Assembly: GCA_016196885.1 (NCBI GenBank)
Contig: JACPWU010000002.1
Span: forward strand, 1 to 32,000
Direction: 5' to 3'
Length of the DNA: 32,000 nucleotides
DNA from: Chlamydiota bacterium
GTDB lineage: Bacteria; Auribacterota; JACPWU01
The notes under the pieces were generated by a model. That model saw nothing but the letters and a program-made list of their open reading frames with translations, was not told where the DNA came from and made no database searches. Positions 7,599-15,011 of this stretch are shown here, piece after piece (within the stretch, counting starts at the first letter, position 1; each line of letters starts with the position of its first letter). A program made the translations under genes and the position numbers.

Positions 7599-9194
7599 AT
7601 GATCGTAGAAAAAAGTTTATTCCCAAATCAGACTGCTCTTTCCCCAGAGCCTGTGGTTCGCTTGGAGAATAGTTTTCAAAATCCTTATGACAATTTTGTG
7701 GCCACGGCCCGCACCTGTTATTCTTCCAAGGTGATCACGTCGCAGGATGTGGCCAAAGATGAAAAGGCTCAAGAGCGGCGAGATGCGATTGCCGAAAGTA
7801 TTTACAAGGCGGGTCATCACACCACGCTACAACATGCAACTTTTCAATTTGTTCTGGAAAAAGTCTCGCGCCAATTTATTTGGTCTTTTCTGCACAGCCA
7901 TCCTTATTATAATTCAGAGCAGGTGAGTCAGCGCTATGTCGAAGTAAAGCCGGATCGTTTCTTGATTCCTCCCCTGGACGAGGACGCCAAGGAAATTTAT
8001 TTGGCGACGATTCAGCTCCAAATGCAGGCCTATCATGAATTGATGAAGCTTGTAGCGCCGACCCTTCAAAATGAATTTAAAAGAATTTTTCCCGTTCGAA
8101 AATTGGAAGAGAAACGCTGGCAATCTTCCCTCAAGAAAAAAGAGCAAGAGGTTGCGAGGTATGTTCTCCCCGTGGCGACGCATGCGCATCTCTATCATAC
8201 CGTGAGTGCGATTACGCTTCTCAGATACCATCGGCTTTGCGAACAGTGGGATACGCCTTTGGAAACAAAAATCGTCGTTCAAAAAATGATGGAAGAGGTG
8301 TTGAAAGTAGACCCCCAGTTTTCGAAAGTGATGGAAGACCCGCTTCCTTTGGAAGGTACACCTGAATATGAAGTGTTTACCCAATTTCATCAGAATCAGA
8401 ATCGATTGGGAGATTCTGACTTTATCCGAGAATTTGATGAGCGTCTGGAAGGGCGTCGGTCAAAATTAATAGATTACAAACGCTTTGGCGAAGAGGCTCT
8501 GGCCCAGTCTGTTCGAACGGTACTGGGTGTGACGCGTGGAAAATTATCTGACACGGATGCAATTGCTTGTGTCATGGATCCCGCTAAAAATCAGCTTTTT
8601 GGGGAGGCCTTGAATTTAGGGAGCTTGAATAAATTGACTCGGACGCTGGTTCATCCTCATTTCACATTTCAGAAAAAATTGAGTCATACTGCAGACTCTC
8701 AGGATCAACGTCATCGCATGACTCCTGGATCTCGACCCATTCTGGCTGGACATTTTCTACCTGGGAAACCCGACTATGTACTCCCGATTGTGATTGAAAA
8801 AACACCGCAAGCCCTCGAATATTTCCAAAAAATCATGGAAAAAGTTTGGGTGGCTATTGAAAAATTAATGGATAAAGGGGTTTCAGAAGAATTTGCATTG
8901 TACCTTTTGCCGAATGCCTTTCCCATTCGATTTGAAGAATCGGGAGATCTCTTGAGCTTTCACCACAAATGGACAAGCCGTCTTTGCTACAATGCCCAAG
9001 AAGAAATTTGGGCGAGTTGCAAAGATGAACTTTTGCAGGCCAGAGAGATTTGTCCTAGAATTGGTGAGTGGATGGGCCCACCCTGTTTCCTTCGAAATCG
9101 AGCTTCGACTAAACCGATTTGCCCAGAGGGAGATCGCTTCTGTGGTATTGCTGTGTGGCGATTACCTTTGGAAAAATATAAGAGAATTATTTAG
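7599..9194 (+). CDS. thyX: ThyX-family (flavin-dependent thymidylate synthase-like) protein, long two-domain form
   Basis: The N-terminal half has a ThyX-like HHTTLQHATFQF...SEQVSQRYV segment with the RHR triad replaced by HSH. The C-terminal half has SQDQRHRM. At 531 aa it is about twice a canonical ThyX. Confidence 0.6.
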   Translation: MIVEKSLFPNQTALSPEPVVRLENSFQNPYDNFVATARTCYSSKVITSQDVAKDEKAQERRDAIAESIYKAGHHTTLQHATFQFVLEKVSRQFIWSFLHSHPYYNSEQVSQRYVEVKPDRFLIPPLDEDAKEIYLATIQLQMQAYHELMKLVAPTLQNEFKRIFPVRKLEEKRWQSSLKKKEQEVARYVLPVATHAHLYHTVSAITLLRYHRLCEQWDTPLETKIVVQKMMEEVLKVDPQFSKVMEDPLPLEGTPEYEVFTQFHQNQNRLGDSDFIREFDERLEGRRSKLIDYKRFGEEALAQSVRTVLGVTRGKLSDTDAIACVMDPAKNQLFGEALNLGSLNKLTRTLVHPHFTFQKKLSHTADSQDQRHRMTPGSRPILAGHFLPGKPDYVLPIVIEKTPQALEYFQKIMEKVWVAIEKLMDKGVSEEFALYLLPNAFPIRFEESGDLLSFHHKWTSRLCYNAQEEIWASCKDELLQAREICPRIGEWMGPPCFLRNRASTKPICPEGDRFCGIAVWRLPLEKYKRII

Positions 9195-9204
9195 GCGCCT
9201 TTTT

Positions 9205-9667
9205 CCCCTCCCCTTGTGGGAGGGGTTAGGGGAGGGGTGATTGAATAACGAGTTAATAGAGATCGCTAAAGCATTAAGGCGCCATCTTACTAATGCGGAG
9301 AAACACCTTTGGTATGTATTGCGTGTTTGTCATTTGGGTGTAAAATTTCGAAGGCAGGCTGTGATTGGGAGATACATTGTAGATTTTGCATGTTTTGAGA
9401 GGAAACTGATTATTGAAGTAGATGGTGGACAACACTCAGAAAGTCAAGATGACAATGTGCGTGATAAGTGGCTTAGGGGAGAAGGGTTTGAAATATTGAG
9501 GTTTTGGAATCATGAAGTGTTGGAAAACCGGAATGGGGTTTTAGAAAAAATTATTGAGAAGTTGACAACCCCCTCCCTAGCCCTCCCCATGGTTTTCGCC
9601 TCTCGGCTCCAACCACTTCCTCGTCCACCCGCAAGCGGGTACCCGGACTCAGTCGCAAGGGGGAGGG
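9205..9667 (+). mobile_element. DUF559-endonuclease element bounded by about 33-bp G/C-tract terminal inverted repeats (family E, ends E2 and E3)
   Basis: Left end CCCCTCCCCTTGTGGGAGGGGTTAGGGGAGGGG (9205-9237) versus the reverse complement of the right end (9569-9589 plus 9656-9667) matches at 26 of 33 positions, and the mismatches preserve each end's own hairpin. An ORF-less copy of both ends lies at 24404-24480. Confidence 0.6.
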
Positions 9668-9672
9668 AATAA
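9241..9672 (+). CDS. DUF559 domain endonuclease (Vsr/restriction-endonuclease-like fold)
   Basis: LRRHLTNAEKHLWYVLR...FRRQAVIGRYIVDFACFERKLIIEVDGGQH...RDKWLRGEGFEILRFWNHEV is the classical DUF559 pattern. TTG start 5 nt after GGAGGGG in the left repeat. The C-terminal 35 aa are encoded by the right repeat. Confidence 0.85.
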   Translation: MNNELIEIAKALRRHLTNAEKHLWYVLRVCHLGVKFRRQAVIGRYIVDFACFERKLIIEVDGGQHSESQDDNVRDKWLRGEGFEILRFWNHEVLENRNGVLEKIIEKLTTPSLALPMVFASRLQPLPRPPASGYPDSVARGRE

Positions 9673-9768
9673 AGATTGTATCTTCTACCAGAGTGAGGGA
9701 TTGAGTTTATGCTTTCCAATGGAAGAAGAGGATTGATCGTTATTAAATCAGTAGATTTTCGAAAGCTT

Positions 9769-11367
9769 TTAGAGACTTAAGAATCCTGCTTGATCTTTTC
9801 TAATATTCTCTCGATAATTTTCTTTTTGCTCCTGGACTTCTTCCGACGATAAAATTGAAAGTTCCGTCAGGACGCGTGAGGCTTGTTCCAGACCCTCTAA
9901 TCCATGACAGGGGCTATGTTTAACCCAAGTTCTTCGAGAGAAAAAATCGTCTAGTGTCTGGGCCATTTCGTGGGTGAATGCATAAACGATTTCCGCTTTT
10001 AAATGAGGATGATGAGGACAAAGGGGCTGTGAAAGTCCTCCTTCTTGGGCGAGCTGAGCCACATTTCTGGCCTTCCCTCCATAGGTCTGAATCAGATGAA
10101 CGCATGTACTTTCAGATAGATGAAATTCTTTTGAGAGTTCTTCAGCTGTACCTGTTTTTTCTCCTCCGGGAAGAGGAATAGAAGCGGTCTGACATTTTTC
10201 ATCTTCGTGGAGCTTTAGCTTTTTACTCAGGCGATTGATCACTGCTTCAGACAGGCTGCGATAAGTGGTGAATTTCCCTCCCAAAATGCTCCAGAGGCCA
10301 GGCGCGGTCTCTTCAATTTTGTATTCTCTTGAAATTTGAGCGGTGCTCACTCCTTCTTCTCGTACAAGGGATCGTACACCTGCAAAAGAAGAAACGACGT
10401 TGTGATGGGTCAACGACATTTTTGGAAAAAGGCGGTGGATTTCATCTAAGAGATATTGAATGTCCTCCAGGGATGCATGAACCTCATCTGGATTTCCTGA
10501 AAAATCGGTGTCTGTGGTCCCAATGAGGGAGTAAGGTCCCCAAGGAACGCAGAAAAAAACGCGTCCATCTTTTTGGGCGGTTAAAAGCAGGGCATGGTTT
10601 TCTGCGAGACGTGGAACAATTAAATGAATTCCTTTGGTAAGTCTTAAGCGCGGTTTTGATTTTTTCAATCGCCTTGCCAAAAGCTGATCACACCAAGGGC
10701 CTGTGGCATTCACCGTCCATCGGGCCTCGATAGGACCTTCATCGCTGGATAAAAGGTCCCGGGCCCTCACGCCGACGATGCGGCCTTCTTTTTCAAGAAG
10801 CTCGGTTGCTTGGACATAGTTGAAAGGGAGTGCTCCTTTCTCTTGAGCTGAGAGAATGTTTTCAAGTGTGAGACGTGCATCGTTCATTTGGGCATCATAA
10901 TAATGATAAATTTTTTTAAGTCCTTTTTCTTGAAGAGAGGGAATTTGAAGAGCGAAATCTTTCTCGGCGATTGCTTCATGCCGATGAATGTTGCGTTTCC
11001 CTGCCAGGGTGTCATAAAGCGTGAGGCCCGTTTTAATCCAGAAAGGTCCTCGCCGATCCCCCTGATAAATAGGAAGCATGAAAGAAAGCGGATGAACCAA
11101 ATGAGGAGCGATGTTGAGAAGATGATGCCTTTCCTGGAGGGCCTCGCGCACCAGTTTGAAATCGCCATGCTCTAAATATCGAAGGCCGCCGTGAATCAAT
11201 TTCGAACTCTTGCTGCTCGTCCCGCTTGCGAAATCACCCTTTTCGATGAGACAGACCTTGAAACCTCTCATCGCGGCATCGCGGGCAATGCCGGCCCCGT
11301 GAATGCCTCCTCCAATGATGAGAAGGTCAAAAAGTTGATTTTTAGGGAGACGGCGTTCTCGCTCCAT
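9769..11367 (-). CDS. glpD: FAD-dependent glycerol-3-phosphate dehydrogenase
   Basis: DLLIIGGGIHGAGIARDAAMRG dinucleotide fold, SSKSSKLIHGGLRYLE, about 530 aa with a C-terminal GlpD-type helical domain. Confidence 0.9.
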   Translation of the reverse strand: MERERRLPKNQLFDLLIIGGGIHGAGIARDAAMRGFKVCLIEKGDFASGTSSKSSKLIHGGLRYLEHGDFKLVREALQERHHLLNIAPHLVHPLSFMLPIYQGDRRGPFWIKTGLTLYDTLAGKRNIHRHEAIAEKDFALQIPSLQEKGLKKIYHYYDAQMNDARLTLENILSAQEKGALPFNYVQATELLEKEGRIVGVRARDLLSSDEGPIEARWTVNATGPWCDQLLARRLKKSKPRLRLTKGIHLIVPRLAENHALLLTAQKDGRVFFCVPWGPYSLIGTTDTDFSGNPDEVHASLEDIQYLLDEIHRLFPKMSLTHHNVVSSFAGVRSLVREEGVSTAQISREYKIEETAPGLWSILGGKFTTYRSLSEAVINRLSKKLKLHEDEKCQTASIPLPGGEKTGTAEELSKEFHLSESTCVHLIQTYGGKARNVAQLAQEGGLSQPLCPHHPHLKAEIVYAFTHEMAQTLDDFFSRRTWVKHSPCHGLEGLEQASRVLTELSILSSEEVQEQKENYRENIRKDQAGFLSL

Positions 11368-11382
11368 AAGAGATACTATGAT

Positions 11383-11686
11383 AAAATGAAAAGTGAAAAA
11401 TGAAGAGTGAAAAATAAAAAATGATACTCGTAATCGGTATAACTCTACGCAAGGGTAATAGCTTAGCTACGGGAACCGAGGCAATTTTTGATGGGGACGC
11501 TCGCCCCGACCAGCGATCGGGACGAGCTCTGGCTGAGTCGTTCGCTCACCTCGACTATTCGTCGAGGTACCATGCTCGCGAACGACTTCAACGCCCCATC
11601 AAAAACCGCCTTGGTTCCCTTGAGGGAGAATGGGTGCTAAACTGTTACACGCAAGGGCCATTTTACATTTTTCACTCTTCATTTTT
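11383..11686. repeat. Family F heptamer inverted arrays flanking a 230-bp interior
   Basis: Left AAAATGA AAAGTGA AAAATGA AGAGTGA AAAATAA AAAATGA (11383-11424). Right CATTTTA CATTTTT CACTCTT CATTTTT (11659-11686). 19 nt (AAAATGAAGAGTGAAAAAT) are perfectly inverted between the arms. Confidence 0.75.
11455..11648. mobile_element. candidate 194-bp MITE-like or structured-RNA insert inside the family F hairpin
   Basis: Direct repeat ACGCAAGG(G) at 11447-11455 and 11649-11657. Ends GTAATAGCTTAGC and the reverse complement GTAACAGTTTAGC match at 11 of 13. 26-bp stem 11471-11496/11594-11619 enclosing two independent hairpins. Confidence 0.45.
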
Positions 11687-11703
11687 AATTATAAAATGCA
11701 AAT

Positions 11704-13044
11704 ATGGAAAATAATTGTCTGTCTCATTGCGAAACAGTAGATCACAACTATCTCCAGGGCTATTTCCACCGGTTTGTGAAGAAGGTGCCCACTCCTCTTT
11801 TGATGGGCGTGGAGTCTGAACTTTTGGGAGTGAACGAGCAAACGGGCCTGGCCATTCCTTATGAGGGACCCCAAGGGATTGAGGGGGTATTGGAAGGACT
11901 GATTCAACGGTTTGGATGGGTCCCTCTCTTTGAAGGAAAGAAGATGATTGCCCTTGAGAGTGATCGTGGGGAAATTCATTTAGAACCAGGCGCCCAGTTG
12001 GAACTGAGCGGCCTTCCCGTATCTTCTATATGGGAAATTTCAAATCAACTGCGAAGACACGATGAAGAATTAAAAAATGTGTCTCGCGACAAAAATATTG
12101 CTTGGTTGCCATTGGGCATGCAACCCTTCAGCCCTTTGAAAGACATTGCCTGGGTTCCCAAAGGGCGTTATGGGGTGATGAGAAAATATTTGGGAGAAAA
12201 AGGGACTCAGGCACATTGCATGATGAAGCAAACTGCAACCCTGCAGGCCAATCTGGATTATTGCAGTGAAGAGGATGCCATGAAAAAATTTAGAACATCC
12301 CTGGCCTTGGCTCCTGTTGTGACAGGGCTTTTTGCAAACTCTCCTTTTCTGGAGGGAGAAACGCCCGGCCCCCTTTCTTTACGGGCTCAAGCATGGATGA
12401 ACACAGATCCAGATCGCTGCGGCCTGATTCAAGAGGTGTTAGAAGGGGATTTAAATTTTGAAAGTTATATTCGTTATCTTTTGAAAATCCCCATGATTTT
12501 TATCATTCGCGATGGGAAATGGCTGGACATGGGCGGAAGAACATTTGAGGATTTTATGAATCACGGGGCGTATGGTTTTTTTCCCGCACCGGAAGATTGG
12601 GAACTTTTTCTCACCTCTCTTTTTCCAGAAGTCCGTCTCAATCCTTTTCTCGAATTGAGAAGTGTAGACCGCAACAATTTAGATTTCAGTCTAGGCCTTT
12701 TGGCCTTTTGGAAAGGACTTCTGATGGACTCACGTGCTTACGAAGCGGCATGGGAATTGATGAAAAATGTCAGTTTTGAGGAAAGGGTTCAATTTTTGAA
12801 TGACGCTTCTTTTTTTGCTTTAAAGGCGACCTTGAACAATCATTCGCTTCAAGATTTGGCCAAAGAATTGATTTCCTACGCTGAGAAAGGGTTGAAACGT
12901 CTTTCAGAAGATGAAACTTTTTATCTGGAACCTGTGAAGGAATTGATTCAAGAAGGAATTTCTCCTGCTGAAAGATTGTTAAAAAGATGGAAGGGGACTT
13001 GGGGGCATGATCCAAAAAAATTGATTGCAGGATGTAGGATTTAA
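11704..13044 (+). CDS. gshA: glutamate-cysteine ligase, plant/proteobacterial GCS2 type
   Basis: IHLEPGAQLELSG, QPFSPLKDIAWVPKGRYGVMRKY and LFPEVRLNPFLELRSVD segments, and about 445 aa, as in GSH1-type ligases. Confidence 0.85.
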   Translation: MENNCLSHCETVDHNYLQGYFHRFVKKVPTPLLMGVESELLGVNEQTGLAIPYEGPQGIEGVLEGLIQRFGWVPLFEGKKMIALESDRGEIHLEPGAQLELSGLPVSSIWEISNQLRRHDEELKNVSRDKNIAWLPLGMQPFSPLKDIAWVPKGRYGVMRKYLGEKGTQAHCMMKQTATLQANLDYCSEEDAMKKFRTSLALAPVVTGLFANSPFLEGETPGPLSLRAQAWMNTDPDRCGLIQEVLEGDLNFESYIRYLLKIPMIFIIRDGKWLDMGGRTFEDFMNHGAYGFFPAPEDWELFLTSLFPEVRLNPFLELRSVDRNNLDFSLGLLAFWKGLLMDSRAYEAAWELMKNVSFEERVQFLNDASFFALKATLNNHSLQDLAKELISYAEKGLKRLSEDETFYLEPVKELIQEGISPAERLLKRWKGTWGHDPKKLIAGCRI

Positions 13045-13114
13045 ACATATGAATTTCTATGGGATCTTTTTTCTCACCTTAACTTAAGAGGGGAGCCATA
13101 AAAGAATTTTTGTA

Positions 13115-14785
13115 TTAAACCGCCGTAAAGAATCTCCCGCTCATCAAAGAGACCCCGTGTCCCTTTAGAACTTCCATTTGAATTTGCGTATTGATGCCAG
13201 AGGCGATGAGTGAGCTTTCGAGCGAGTAGCTAATGTCCAGGAGCATCTTGAGAAGGGTCTGCTGCGTCAAATCTGATTCGATTTTATCGGTGAAGGAACC
13301 TTCTAAATAAATAAATTCAGGCTTAAATTCAGAGAATAAATTTAACGGAAGAGGCGTTCCCCAGGCCATGGCAATGGAGATTTGAGATCCGAGGGCCTTG
13401 ATTTTAGAGACGGTTTCCTTCAGGAGGCGATCATAGCGCAAAATATCATTTGCCCTGATTTGATAAATGAGAAGACGAGGGTCAATGCTGGTTTTCTGAA
13501 GGGGGGAGGAGACGTCTTCCAGGAGGCCCAGTAAAATCTTCGGGTGAATCCAACTCAAGATGCGTTTTCCTTTTTCCAGGCCGTAGGTAAATACCCGCAA
13601 TTTCTCGAAAAATAATTTTCCAAATTCCAATTCCATTTTAAGTTCAACCACCTGATTAAAAATTTCTTCCTGAGAGAGAATTTTGTGGGTGTTGATCGCC
13701 CTGATTAAGGTTTCATAAAAAGAGACATTGCGATTTTCAACTTGTACAACGGGTTGAAAGAAAAGGTTGAGCTTTTTCTCCTGAATCATGTGGGCTACTT
13801 CTTGGATGCCCCTAGCGGAGGAAGTCGTGTGAGAAGCTACCAAGGGCTCTTGGGTTCTGCGGTCCCTCACATAATTGGACCCTGGTAAGGTCTTCGCATA
13901 TTTTTTTAATTCTGTCGCAATCGTATGGATTTGTCCAGCGTGGGTAATGGGCTTTTTTTCATTGGTGACTACGGCAATGGAAAGGGTCATCAGAGGGAAT
14001 TCTTGAAGATTTCCCTGGCGGTCTTTTAAGACGAGGTAGCCCCTTTCCCGGTCTTTGCTGTCATACAAGGTAGGGGCGAACTGGTCAAAACGCCGGATGA
14101 TTTCGGTGCACAAAGAATCAATGTGTGGCGGATCCGTGATGAGGACAAAGTCATCCCCTCCAATATGTCCTATGAAATCGGTGACGCCTCCTTTTTCCTT
14201 AACCACTTGGGTCAAAAGGGTGGCCACACCTTGAATGGCCTGGTCCCCTCGCTCAAAACCATATTCGTCGTTGAACGATTTAAAGCGGTCAATGTCCAAA
14301 TGGGCGATGGCAAAGGGCTCATTTTTCTCCAGGCGATAGTTGATTTGCTTTTGAATCATGCTGTTGCCGGGGAGTTTGGAAAGGGGATTGGCATCTAAAA
14401 CGGCATGGGTTCGGTTCAGAATCATCCAGACCCGGGCCAAAAGTTCTTCGGGCTCAAAAGGCTTTGTGATGTAGTCATCACCTCCGCTTCTAAGGCCCAT
14501 GATTTTTTCTGAAAATTCTCCCTTTGCGGTGAAATAAATAATAGGAAGATGCCACAGGGTTGAATCCTCCTTGATGCGACGGCAAACCTCGAAACCATCA
14601 ATCCCAGGAAGCATGAGGTCGAGCAAAATGAGGTCGGGTTTTTCTTTGCGAATCATCTCGATACCGCTCTCGCCATCCAACGCCTTTGCGACATCGAAGC
14701 CCCGCCTTTTCAGGAAGGAAAGCGTGACTTCAACAATGTCCTCGTCATCATCAATGATTGCAATCTTAGGCTTTTCGCTGGACAT
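13115..14785 (-). CDS. response regulator with REC, GGDEF-like (GGDDF) and degenerate EAL-like domains
   Basis: REC: IAIIDDDEDI...DLILLDLMLPGIDGFEV...KP. GGDEF-like: FAIAHLDIDRFKSFNDEYGFERGDQAI...IGHIGGDDFVLI. The EAL-like C-terminus starts FFQPVV...YETLIR, with the other catalytic motifs substituted. Confidence 0.85.
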   Translation of the reverse strand: MSSEKPKIAIIDDDEDIVEVTLSFLKRRGFDVAKALDGESGIEMIRKEKPDLILLDLMLPGIDGFEVCRRIKEDSTLWHLPIIYFTAKGEFSEKIMGLRSGGDDYITKPFEPEELLARVWMILNRTHAVLDANPLSKLPGNSMIQKQINYRLEKNEPFAIAHLDIDRFKSFNDEYGFERGDQAIQGVATLLTQVVKEKGGVTDFIGHIGGDDFVLITDPPHIDSLCTEIIRRFDQFAPTLYDSKDRERGYLVLKDRQGNLQEFPLMTLSIAVVTNEKKPITHAGQIHTIATELKKYAKTLPGSNYVRDRRTQEPLVASHTTSSARGIQEVAHMIQEKKLNLFFQPVVQVENRNVSFYETLIRAINTHKILSQEEIFNQVVELKMELEFGKLFFEKLRVFTYGLEKGKRILSWIHPKILLGLLEDVSSPLQKTSIDPRLLIYQIRANDILRYDRLLKETVSKIKALGSQISIAMAWGTPLPLNLFSEFKPEFIYLEGSFTDKIESDLTQQTLLKMLLDISYSLESSLIASGINTQIQMEVLKGHGVSLMSGRFFTAV

Positions 14786-14870
14786 GGTGGATCTCCAGAA
14801 AAATCAAATATCAATTCCAATGATCCTTCGAGATCATCGTGTGTGACGAAAGTTCTCCCCATCATGCTTT

Positions 14871-14924
14871 TTTTGTAGTCGCCCGATTCATCGGGCAGCC
14901 CCATAAATGGGGCGACTACAAAAT
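14871..14924. repeat. Family D complete palindrome (D4)
   Basis: TTTTGTAGTCGCC (14871-14883) pairs with GGCGACTACAAAA (14911-14923), enclosing CCCGATTCATCGGG and CCCCATAAATGGGG hairpins. Upstream of the response-regulator gene. Confidence 0.85.
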
Positions 14925-14943
14925 GTAGCCTCACTTTCATAGC

Positions 14944-14978
14944 AAAATGCAAAAATCAAAATGACAATGTAAAAATAG
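14944..14978. repeat. solitary family F-like heptamer array
   Basis: AAAATGC AAAAATC AAAATGA CAATGTA AAAATAG. No inverted partner seen nearby. Confidence 0.4.
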
Positions 14979-15011
14979 CGTCGTTCATTATAACACGGGT
15001 CGATATGCTTT

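Noticed and set aside
11421-11714. 97-aa plus-strand ORF across the glpD-gshA spacer.
   Set aside because: It spans the structured insert and the family F arm, has no SD, and its sequence reflects stem complementarity rather than protein-like composition.
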